A stretch of 32,000 nucleotides of DNA from Crocosphaera subtropica ATCC 51142 (GTDB lineage: Bacteria > Cyanobacteriota > Cyanobacteriia > Cyanobacteriales > Microcystaceae). Position numbers and translations under genes: made by a program. This document shows positions 8,577-17,355 of this stretch, in pieces. The notes under the pieces were generated by a model. The model was not told where the DNA came from. It worked only from the letters and a program-made list of their open reading frames with translations, and searched no databases. Location of the stretch: positions 1,980,001 through 2,012,000 of the forward strand of contig NC_010546.1 in assembly GCF_000017845.1 (NCBI RefSeq). Reading direction: 5' to 3'. The number at the start of each line of letters is the position of its first letter. Position 1 is the stretch's first letter.

Positions 8577-8951
8577 TTATGTAAGACTATATAAGACACA
8601 CATCGCCCCATGAAGAGCTAATTATTGTGGAGTAAAAAATCGGCTAAAAAGGTTCCAGCTAAGATTAAAGAAAGTGAAATAAGTTCCATGGGGTTTCTCC
8701 TGCTCAAACTAAACGAAAGACATTTATTATTTTTGAAATCAGCTAGTGCGATCTCACTTATACACTTTATCTTAAGAAAATTCCTGGTTCCGCACTTCCC
8801 CCAGGTAGCTCACCCATTTGGGTTAATTGTTTTACGGAAAATTACTGACCCCTTCATCCTCAATTGTAACAAATTATTACTGTTTACTAATAATTGATAA
8901 GCTATTGCGAATTTAAACTGTCATTGATAAGATTTTCTCCCAACTCCCTGC

Positions 8952-10007
8952 TCAGTAATGACTGTCTAATGATTGTATCCTCTTCGGTGGCCAGCCAATT
9001 TTATAAGCTTGACCAACTATAACATCTCTAGGTAAAAGTCCCCAGATATGAGAATCAAAACTATCATTGCGATTATCTCCTAAGACCAAATAATGATCAG
9101 CCGGGATTATCATTGATTTCAATTGATATTGGGGTGATTCTCTAATATAGGGTTCTTGAATTGGCGTATCATTCAGATAAACTTGACCTTGTTTAATCTT
9201 CACTTTTTTACCTGGTGTAGCAATAATCCGTTTTATATAGTAATCTGATACGTCAGGATCAGCCTGTTTGATGTTTTCTGAGGGAGTAAAAACGATAATA
9301 TCTCCTATTGTTGGTACATAATCAGGGAATTTTTGAACGAAAACAATATCATTAATTTGCAACGTAGGTTGCATCGATTTACTAGGAATGAGAAATTTAT
9401 CAAAGCGTTTTTCCAACCATTGTGGATAATAATTAACCGTCACTCCGAGGGTAAAGATAACCCCTGTCATTATAAAGATTAATAACCATCTTCCACCTCT
9501 AGGTTTATGAGGAAAAATCAAATAAATATGATAGATACTTAAAGCGGTAATTAAAGGACTAACTAATAACAAATTAGAATAAAAATCATCAACCCCTATA
9601 ATAATTAAGCCGCTGGTCAATAAGAGTAGGCCTAAGATTGGTTTTTGTAAATAAAGATGACCTAGTCCTGGTAAAATTCGGGTGATAAAAATAGCAAACC
9701 AAAGATTCTTATGTTTACGAGGTATTTTTTCTAGCTTGGGATCATTTCTCTTTTTGTAAACACTGAAATGAACTTCTATTAAACTAATAAAATAGAAAAT
9801 AATTGTGATCCCTAAACAAATGAACCCCATGACAGTATTTCCCTTGGCACCAAAGATATGCCAAACTGTTAGCACGATCCAAAGAATTTGACCATTAAAA
9901 AATAGAAATCCTTGTAAATAATTGCCAGCATAAAATTGACCCAGTCCAGGAAAAAACATGGATAAATTAACAGCTAACCAAGGATCTTTACTGTAATTGT
10001 TATACAC
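8952..10007 (-). CDS. lepB: Signal peptidase I with a ~190-aa polytopic N-terminal extension
   Basis: The C-terminal half carries the catalytic boxes SKSMQPTL (Ser), YIKRIIATPG (Lys) and GDNRNDSFDSHIWG. The N-terminal half is multi-TM with two PGLG(Q/H)(F/L)Y motifs. The start is GTG at 10007, and the alternative ATG at 9959 would remove conserved-looking residues. Confidence 0.85.
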   Translation of the reverse strand: MYNNYSKDPWLAVNLSMFFPGLGQFYAGNYLQGFLFFNGQILWIVLTVWHIFGAKGNTVMGFICLGITIIFYFISLIEVHFSVYKKRNDPKLEKIPRKHKNLWFAIFITRILPGLGHLYLQKPILGLLLLTSGLIIIGVDDFYSNLLLVSPLITALSIYHIYLIFPHKPRGGRWLLIFIMTGVIFTLGVTVNYYPQWLEKRFDKFLIPSKSMQPTLQINDIVFVQKFPDYVPTIGDIIVFTPSENIKQADPDVSDYYIKRIIATPGKKVKIKQGQVYLNDTPIQEPYIRESPQYQLKSMIIPADHYLVLGDNRNDSFDSHIWGLLPRDVIVGQAYKIGWPPKRIQSLDSHY

Positions 10008-10069
10008 TAATTTGGAGAATCATTAGGTCATTTTTTTAGAGAAATATCGTAACTTGTTCTTTGAAATAA

Positions 10070-11467
10070 TTACTGATCAGGTAAGTTTCTTGGGGGAATT
10101 TCTCGGCCTTGATAAAATTGTTTTTCTAATCGACTCAAAGCAAACCAGATAATTACCCCCAGAGGAACGGTCACACTTAATGATATCATGCCCCAAACCG
10201 AAGGATTATCGAAAGTTAATAATAAGATAAGGATTAATGACCAAATCACAGAAGTGGCGATCGCAACTCCTATTTTAATTCGTTGTAAGTTCTTTAAAGC
10301 AGTGCGACAACTACTACAATGTTTAGTATGGGAATGGTAGCGATCGAGTAAGGTTTCTGAAGATAAAGCAGGACTTAAGGACTGTTTTGGGAATAATTCT
10401 GCTTGATATTGATTAATCCAACTGTGTAATTGAAAGACAAATAAATCGGCTTTTGTGGGTAAATAAAAGGCTTTGGAAACGTTAGGACTTCCTCCTTTTT
10501 CTTCTAAATATCTTTCTTGATAATGTAAGAAAATTTGATCATCTTCTAACACCCCATTTTGTCCGATATGAGAATACCAACGAGGGGTTAAGTTGATGAA
10601 AAATTTAGGAATGGGTGAGGAAAACTTGAAGGGAAAACGAGCAAATAAACGACATTTTCCTTTACCAATAGGAGTTGCATAGACAACCGTTAATGTACGA
10701 CCAAACTGTTTAGAAGTGAGATCATGATACATCATTCCAGGGGCAAAAAAGTAGGTCGTTTGTTTTCCTAAAGTACCTTTTCTCGGGCCTTCTTCCCACA
10801 CTCCTTTAAATCCCCATTTTCCTGATTCAACGACCTCTAAATCGACGGGAGAAACATTTGATCGGTTGCCCACACTTTTATGATGGGTGTAAGGAATATG
10901 ACTCGAATCTAACACATTTTCCATTAAGGTTAAAGCATCATAAGGGATGTCTCGGAAGGTATTAATACAAACCCATTCATCGGACTTTTCATCTAAAACA
11001 TCCACTAAAGGAATGGGGGTTTTTGGTGCATTTTCTGTCTTCCCTGCATAGACAAATAATAGCCCTTGGGCTACTTTGGTAGGGTAGGTTTTAACGGATG
11101 CTCTAGGAGATTGTTCTGCTTTTCCTTCTGGCTTTTGTTGGGGGATCACTTCACAGTTTCCTTGTCCTGAAAATGCCCATCCATGATAAGGACATTCTAA
11201 ACAACCTGACTCGTTAATTCTTCCTTGTGATAAAGGGGCTAAACGATGGGGACATTGATCATCAAAGACACACCATTGACTATTGTTTTCATCCCACCAA
11301 ATAACAATATTTTTCTCTAATAAAGTAAATGATGTCGGTTTAGTTTTGTCTAAATCTTCGATATAATGAACAGGATACCAAACTTCTTGCCAGTCAAAAT
11401 AGTTAGGATCATTTCCTCCTATAATAAAAGTATTGTCTTGAGAAGATACAGTGTTATAAATAGTCAT
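10070..11467 (-). CDS. Rieske [2Fe-2S] non-heme-iron oxygenase of the PAO/Tic55/LLS1 family
   Basis: It carries the Rieske motif CPHRLAPL...CPYHGWAF, the mononuclear iron motif ENVLDSSHIPYTHH, a C-terminal CSSC and TM helices. Confidence 0.9.
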   Translation of the reverse strand: MTIYNTVSSQDNTFIIGGNDPNYFDWQEVWYPVHYIEDLDKTKPTSFTLLEKNIVIWWDENNSQWCVFDDQCPHRLAPLSQGRINESGCLECPYHGWAFSGQGNCEVIPQQKPEGKAEQSPRASVKTYPTKVAQGLLFVYAGKTENAPKTPIPLVDVLDEKSDEWVCINTFRDIPYDALTLMENVLDSSHIPYTHHKSVGNRSNVSPVDLEVVESGKWGFKGVWEEGPRKGTLGKQTTYFFAPGMMYHDLTSKQFGRTLTVVYATPIGKGKCRLFARFPFKFSSPIPKFFINLTPRWYSHIGQNGVLEDDQIFLHYQERYLEEKGGSPNVSKAFYLPTKADLFVFQLHSWINQYQAELFPKQSLSPALSSETLLDRYHSHTKHCSSCRTALKNLQRIKIGVAIATSVIWSLILILLLTFDNPSVWGMISLSVTVPLGVIIWFALSRLEKQFYQGREIPPRNLPDQ

Positions 11468-11669
11468 GATAATAAACAGTAAAAAACAATCCTTATGTAT
11501 ATTAATAGTTAGGGAGTTATGAGAAATTTCTAGATAATAATTTCTATAACTATAACGTTTCTCATATTGACGAAATCAAGTATCTATTCACCAAAATTAG
11601 ACCAATTTCTACTTGATGAGTCCATGAATTAACATATATTGTAACAAAATGTAAAAAGAATAAACAATT

Positions 11670-12419
11670 ATGAGTATCCTAACCACACGAGACGCAGCTA
11701 AAACCGCTTTAAGAGACGCTTTGCAACAATACGATGGAGACGTTAAACACGAAGTAGTCAAAGCCAAAATTGAACAACTGTGTGAACTTAATCCCACTGT
11801 TGCACCGACCCACAGCGATCGCTTAGAATCAGCAGAGTGGATGTTAATTAGTGCGCCATCCTTTCCCCAAGGAGAAAAGCTACCCAATGGTCAATATGCT
11901 TACACGTTAGGACGCTTAGCCTTTAATCTGTTTAAACCGACGAACCTTAAGGTGGTGATTGACTGCGTAAAACAACCTATCCTTAAACTAGAAGAAGTAA
12001 ACAAGTTCAGTCACGATATTGTTGTTGAATTTACCGTAATTGACTCTGATTTTCCTAAATTAAAAGGACTTATCTATAATTTAGGGATTTGTTATCCTGA
12101 CACGGATAATACAGTACAAGTGGAGTTTACAGGAGGAAAGTTAAGTCCGCAACCGAATCAAGATTTAAACCTGTGGAAACAAGTTTTTAATCAAGAAAAA
12201 TCAGACAATAAAGGATTAAAAGAAGCATTTACATCATTTATATTAAAAATAATATTTGGGTTAGTACCCCCCAACGCAATGAATAACCAAACCGGAGAGA
12301 TCACTTTTGAGATGAAGCGATCGCCAAAAGGAAAATCGAGTATTCTTTATTTAGATGAGGAAATACGCATCAATAAAGGAGATAAAGGGACGGTTGTTGT
12401 TTTGCAACGATCCCTTTAA
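11670..12419 (+). CDS. PAP/fibrillin-family protein
   Basis: The sequence ...KAKIEQLCELNPTVAPTHSDRLESAEWMLISAP... fits the fibrillin N-terminal pattern (LE-x-NP...G-x-W-x-L). The product is 249 aa. Confidence 0.65.
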   Translation: MSILTTRDAAKTALRDALQQYDGDVKHEVVKAKIEQLCELNPTVAPTHSDRLESAEWMLISAPSFPQGEKLPNGQYAYTLGRLAFNLFKPTNLKVVIDCVKQPILKLEEVNKFSHDIVVEFTVIDSDFPKLKGLIYNLGICYPDTDNTVQVEFTGGKLSPQPNQDLNLWKQVFNQEKSDNKGLKEAFTSFILKIIFGLVPPNAMNNQTGEITFEMKRSPKGKSSILYLDEEIRINKGDKGTVVVLQRSL

Positions 12420-12490
12420 GCTTACATCAGAAACAAAAAATTTGTGTTAAGTTAGTCAGTGGATTGACTAAATCTGTGGTGTAAGGAATC

Positions 12491-15400
12491 ATGACCAATA
12501 TACCCCCCAACCCACCCCCAGAACCTTCTGAGGGAAGTACCTCTGTATTGCAAAAATTATATAATTTTATTAAGAAACCCTCCACTTTGATCACTGGTGG
12601 AATATTAGTCTCATTGGGGGTTGCTACTTATGGAGGGGTTAGTTATTTTGTTTATGAAAAGTTATCTCCGTTGCTGTCTCAACAGTTAAGCAAAGCATTA
12701 GAAAGAGAGGTAAGAGTTGGGGAAGTTGAAAGCTTTTCTCTTAATCATATTCGTATTGGAGAAACTTCCATTCCTACCACAGAAAATGATCCCGATAGAC
12801 TCGATCTTAATGGTTTAAAAGTTAAATTTAATCCTTTACCTTTATTAATTGGACAGCCTTTAGATATTAATATTACTATTGACGATCCTAATTTATATGT
12901 TGAACAAAATCCATCTGGAAAATGGTTAGGTTTTCAAGAACGTGAACAAATTGAAGATATAGAATTAGATTTACCGATTGATATTGATGCTGATATTGAG
13001 TTAAATAATGCTAATATTGCTCTACTTCCTAACGGGTTTAAAGAATTAATTAAAGTAGATGCAGATGGAACAGCCGGTTATAGGTACCGATCCAATGAAG
13101 AACAAGAGATCAATTATGATTTAGATGTTTCTTTATTAAACAGTTCTATTGCTGTTCAAGGAGAAACGAATATAAAATCTTTTCAAACTCAGGCAGAATT
13201 GATGATATCTCAATTAGCCTTGCCTGAGTTAGCTGCTTTAATTCCTAATTTACCCGTCACCTTAAAAAGTGGTTTAGTTGAGAGTAATTTAAACATTAAT
13301 GTACCCTCCTTAGAAGAAATCGAAGGAACAGAAGGAAACGGAAATTTTCAACTCTCTAATGTTCAAGCTGGACTAGAAGCATTAAAAGTTCCCATTAAGC
13401 TAGATCTAGCACTCGATTTTAATAATAAAACCGTACAATTTAACGAAACTCGCTTTAGTTTAGGGGAGTTTGTTACCGATATTAAAGGATCACTGAATTG
13501 GCAAGATGGCTATAATATTGATGTTGATATTAATCCTTTTTTACTAAAAAATGTATCTAATATTTTAAAAATAGAATTACCAGTCAGATTAGCCGGGGAA
13601 GTTGAAGGAAAAATAAAGGTAACAGGAGAGATTAAAAATCCCGTTATCGCAGGTACGATTAATAATAGCAAACCTTTATTAATTGAAAAAACAAGAATTG
13701 AAGATTTAAAAACAGTTTTTCAAGCAAACTTAAATCAAATTAATCTCAAAGAATTTCAAGTCAAACCCACCGCAGGGGGCAACATTACAGCAACAGGAAA
13801 AGTTGAATTAGGTATCTTAAAAGCCCTAGAAGAAAATAAAGAAATTAACTGGCAAAAAATGCCCATTGCTTTAGGATTTGAAGCAAACGTACCAGGAGAT
13901 GAACTCGCCCAACCCTATTATCAATCACCGCAAAATGTTAGTATAGGAACCCTGACAGCACAAGGTAAAATAGGGGGAACATTAGGAGATCCAAAAGGAA
14001 AAATAGAATGGTCTGCCCCAGGTGTAATAAGAGTTTCAGGGGAAAATATATCAGGAAGAGGATCAATTCTTTTAGGAGGAAAAGATATCTTAATTCGGGA
14101 TACCGTGTTAACCTCCGATGAAGGGAATCTTACCGTTAGAGGATTAGGAAATCTAGAAAAAAAAGAATGGCAAACCCAGATCGCAGCTAATCAATTTTCT
14201 CTTGATCTTTTTGTAGAATTAGCTTGTTCTTTCATTACTTGTCCCCAAGAAGTTTTAACTCAAGCCGTTACCCTTACTGATGGTAATATTAAGATTGCTG
14301 GAAAATTGGATGATTTTAGTCTAGAGAGTCTTCAAAGCCAAGGTAACTTACGTCTGCAAGTGGGACAAGGGGCGATCGCCCTGGAAACTGCTTTATCCCA
14401 AGGCAACATTACAGGAACGGCTACAGTTTCTAATTTACCCGTCGATCCCTACATTCCCAACCTTACCGTCCCCGTCCAACTTAATAGAAGTAATTTCAAC
14501 CTCTCAGGTTCCCTAACCAATATCTTTCAAGAGGGGCAGTTAAATATTAATCGTCTTAATGTCAATGGTAACGCCCAGTTACTGGTTGATGGCAGTCCCA
14601 TCAATGCCAACATAGAAGTCGGTAACGGTATTTTAACCACCATCGCAGAGGTGGGAACCATTAACCTCAACCCCATCATCCCTAATTTACCCGTACAATC
14701 GACGTTAGTTAGTAGCGATCTGGTTCTCACAGGAAACCTCAACTCTTTGCTTTCTTCTTTAGGCAATACCCCAGATATTAGTAGTTTTCGGGGCAATGCT
14801 GAGGCACAATTAACCGTAGAAGGAAGTCCCATCCAAGTCGTCGGTAACCTAGGCAGTGGTCAAGTTCGCGGTGTCGTCGACCTTTCTCGTCTATCTTTGG
14901 ATAGGGTTGTGCCAAACTTACCTGTAAATGTGCAATTAGTGGATGGACAAGCAGTGGTATCAAGTAATGTGCAACCTCTTCTTTCTGCTACACCCGATCT
15001 TAGTACCGCCCAAGCTAGAGTTAACCTGCAACTTGCAACCGCTAATGGAACCATTAACACCCTAACCCGCTTACAAAACAATCAATGGACGAGTCAAATC
15101 ACTGCATCTAACCTAAATCCTAACCTAATTCTCAGCCAAATCGCTCCACAAGTCCCCCAAACCGATATAGATGACTTAAATGCCCAAATTTCTCTTTCAG
15201 GGAGTCTAGCCAGCCTTTTTGAAGAAAATGCCATTTTACCCATCAACGCCAATAATATCAGCATTGAAGCTGACGGACAACGCTTAAACGCCAGGGGTAA
15301 CCTTTTCATCACCAACCCCCTCACCAACCCGGATGCTAGGGCTAACCTATCTGTAGAAGCCACCTCTACCCTAGATGATTTACCCCTCATCCAACTCATT

Positions 15401-16183
15401 TCTGCTTTGCCGGTACGACGAGACTTTCTTCCCGAAGAACTACAACTGCAAGGAGTCGGAAGCTTTAACGGAACCCTGGTGGGACAAAACTTACTCACCG
15501 CCCCCACCGTCCCCGGTAATATTAGGCTGACAGGAGATGTCACCGTACGCAACCTTGTCTTTAACGACCGGGCCTTTGAACCCCTCTTAACTGGTCAACT
15601 GAATGCAACCCTCGGTGAAACCATTGCCCTGAACTTACGGGGTAACGAAGATGTTATCGCTGCCACCTTGCAACCCTGTACCCGTCAAGACTGTCCAGCC
15701 CCTTATTTACCTGTGGCCTTTGAACTGCGTCAACAAGCAGGAGATCAAGCCCCCATCGCTGTAACCGGTCGCTTAGAAGGGGAGGAATTAGTGGCCAGAA
15801 TCGAACAATTTCCCCTCGATATCTTCAGAATTGCCCCAGGGGGAGACTTTGGTATTCCTGGCTTCTTGTCAGGGGAAGTACAAACCGAAATTGTGATTAA
15901 CCCCTACACCCTAGAAGGAAGGGGGAGACTGGTGATCGATAGGCCAAGTATTGGTTTTGTCGAAGCCACTCAACTCACGGCTGATGTCATCTATCGAGAT
16001 AATATTGCCAGATTACAAAACGCTACTTTGAAGTTAGGACAAAGCTTATATGCCGTACAAGGGTCCCTTAACTTGGAGTCTGGGGATCTCACCGGTCAAT
16101 TAAACATTGATGAGGGTCGCTTGCAAGACCTATTTATTGCCCTGAAACTCTCCACTTGGAGTGGAAACCGAAACCGATATTAG
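12491..16183 (+). CDS. TamB/TIC236-like giant envelope protein (N-terminal signal anchor and long beta-rich repeats); possibly lacks the C-terminal DUF490 part
   Basis: The 1230-aa product has an N-terminal TM segment LITGGILVSLGVATYGGVSYFVY, followed by Asn/Gly/Leu-rich beta-strand-like repeats typical of AsmA/TamB-type proteins. It ends abruptly in ...LKLSTWSGNRNRY, followed by about 340 nt of non-coding DNA. Confidence 0.7.
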   Translation: MTNIPPNPPPEPSEGSTSVLQKLYNFIKKPSTLITGGILVSLGVATYGGVSYFVYEKLSPLLSQQLSKALEREVRVGEVESFSLNHIRIGETSIPTTENDPDRLDLNGLKVKFNPLPLLIGQPLDINITIDDPNLYVEQNPSGKWLGFQEREQIEDIELDLPIDIDADIELNNANIALLPNGFKELIKVDADGTAGYRYRSNEEQEINYDLDVSLLNSSIAVQGETNIKSFQTQAELMISQLALPELAALIPNLPVTLKSGLVESNLNINVPSLEEIEGTEGNGNFQLSNVQAGLEALKVPIKLDLALDFNNKTVQFNETRFSLGEFVTDIKGSLNWQDGYNIDVDINPFLLKNVSNILKIELPVRLAGEVEGKIKVTGEIKNPVIAGTINNSKPLLIEKTRIEDLKTVFQANLNQINLKEFQVKPTAGGNITATGKVELGILKALEENKEINWQKMPIALGFEANVPGDELAQPYYQSPQNVSIGTLTAQGKIGGTLGDPKGKIEWSAPGVIRVSGENISGRGSILLGGKDILIRDTVLTSDEGNLTVRGLGNLEKKEWQTQIAANQFSLDLFVELACSFITCPQEVLTQAVTLTDGNIKIAGKLDDFSLESLQSQGNLRLQVGQGAIALETALSQGNITGTATVSNLPVDPYIPNLTVPVQLNRSNFNLSGSLTNIFQEGQLNINRLNVNGNAQLLVDGSPINANIEVGNGILTTIAEVGTINLNPIIPNLPVQSTLVSSDLVLTGNLNSLLSSLGNTPDISSFRGNAEAQLTVEGSPIQVVGNLGSGQVRGVVDLSRLSLDRVVPNLPVNVQLVDGQAVVSSNVQPLLSATPDLSTAQARVNLQLATANGTINTLTRLQNNQWTSQITASNLNPNLILSQIAPQVPQTDIDDLNAQISLSGSLASLFEENAILPINANNISIEADGQRLNARGNLFITNPLTNPDARANLSVEATSTLDDLPLIQLISALPVRRDFLPEELQLQGVGSFNGTLVGQNLLTAPTVPGNIRLTGDVTVRNLVFNDRAFEPLLTGQLNATLGETIALNLRGNEDVIAATLQPCTRQDCPAPYLPVAFELRQQAGDQAPIAVTGRLEGEELVARIEQFPLDIFRIAPGGDFGIPGFLSGEVQTEIVINPYTLEGRGRLVIDRPSIGFVEATQLTADVIYRDNIARLQNATLKLGQSLYAVQGSLNLESGDLTGQLNIDEGRLQDLFIALKLSTWSGNRNRY

Positions 16184-16520
16184 TCAAAGAAAAGAGATTT
16201 TACGGAAATTTGGCTATAAATGTTAGCTATGTGCGATTTGTTAATATAGAAAATATGTACTAACCAATGGATAGGTTATCCAGAATCTTGAAAACTGGAT
16301 AAGTGTTGGTTTCTTCTATAGTCGAAAAGTAGGGTCTGAAAATGATGATGAGTGAAAAAAAAATAACAGCTTAATCAGTTGATGCGATCGCCAGTCACCA
16401 TCGCATAATCTGACCCATTCTATCAAATCTGGTTATCTTCATATTCGGAAAAAAAACTAAGAAGCCGTGATGGTAAAGCCAATTCTGCCTAAAATGGTTC
16501 TTATAGAGAGAGGCAAAATT

Positions 16521-16865
16521 ATGTCGAAAAATAACAACAGTGGTTTATTTATGGCAGGTGTAGTAATTGGTAGTATGGTAGGAACCGTCACGGGATTATT
16601 ATTAGCCCCCCGTTCCGGACGAGAAACCCGACATATTATCAAAAAATCTGCTGATGCTTTGCCAGAAATGGCCGAAGACTTATCCACCACAGTGCAATTA
16701 CAAGCCGATCGCCTTTCAGACTCAGCACAAAAAAACTGGGCCGGAACCTTAAGCCGACTCAAAGAAGCGATCGCTGCTGGTATTGAAGCCACACAACTCG
16801 AAACACCTCCCTCGGACTCTCCCCGTGATATTACGGCCCAAACCAACTCTTCCAACAAGCATTAG
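16521..16865 (+). CDS. YtxH-domain protein
   Basis: GLFMAGVVIGSMVGTVTGLLLAPRSGRETR is the YtxH signature. The Met at 16521 follows GAGAGAGGCAAAATT, and the tracked start at 16467 is probably too far upstream. Confidence 0.8.
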   Translation: MSKNNNSGLFMAGVVIGSMVGTVTGLLLAPRSGRETRHIIKKSADALPEMAEDLSTTVQLQADRLSDSAQKNWAGTLSRLKEAIAAGIEATQLETPPSDSPRDITAQTNSSNKH

Positions 16866-16873
16866 GGAAAAAC

Positions 16874-17272
16874 ATGGTAAGCGATCCCTTATTTTGGCTT
16901 AGCTGTTCTCTGTTTCTAATGGCACTCAGTTTAACGGCAGTTTTAATCGTAGCGATCCCTGTTTTGCAAGAGGTAGCCAGGGCAGCCCGTAGTGCTGAAA
17001 AATTATTTGATACCTTGCATCGAGAATTTCCCCCGACATTACACTCAATTCGTCTCACAGGCTTAGAAATTACTGAGTTAACCGATGACATTGATAGCGG
17101 GGTGAAAAGTGCCTCAGATATTGTTAAACAAGTGGATAATAGTTTGAATGTTACCCAAACACAAATAAAAAAAGTGCAAACAGGAACTCGTCGCTTAGTG
17201 AAAGGGTTTCAGGTAGCTTGGAAAACTTGGAATCGGTCTTCTGTGAGAATCAGAGAAGAAGAGAAATCTTAA
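16874..17272 (+). CDS. DUF948-like membrane-anchored coiled-coil protein
   Basis: It has one N-terminal TM segment, then ...LQEVARAARSAEKLFDTLHREFPPTLHSIRLTGLEITELTDDI.... It starts 8 nt after the ytxH-like gene, a pairing also known from Firmicutes. Confidence 0.65.
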   Translation: MVSDPLFWLSCSLFLMALSLTAVLIVAIPVLQEVARAARSAEKLFDTLHREFPPTLHSIRLTGLEITELTDDIDSGVKSASDIVKQVDNSLNVTQTQIKKVQTGTRRLVKGFQVAWKTWNRSSVRIREEEKS

Positions 17273-17355
17273 TCTTTGTGTAAAAAAGTGTAAAGAAATA
17301 TAAAATTGATTAATATTTATTTAAGTGTTGACAATCCGTTAAATAGCAAAATCCT

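Noticed and set aside
8625-8897. Plus-strand 90-aa ORF between obg and lepB
   Set aside because: It has a non-ATG start, no RBS and an implausible Lys/Leu/Phe-rich product. It begins after the obg terminator hairpin, and the opposite-strand mini-ORF is the better candidate, though still weak.
11609-11887. Minus-strand ORF overlapping the fibrillin gene start
   Set aside because: It is antisense to a CDS with a recognisable family motif, and nothing supports it.
14527-15552. Four antisense ORFs (14527..14832, 14778..14963, 14860..15081, 15094..15552) inside the TamB-like gene
   Set aside because: They are a stop-poor antisense frame caused by the repetitive Asn/Leu/Gly/Pro codon usage of the sense gene. 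The products are Arg/Ser/Cys-rich nonsense.
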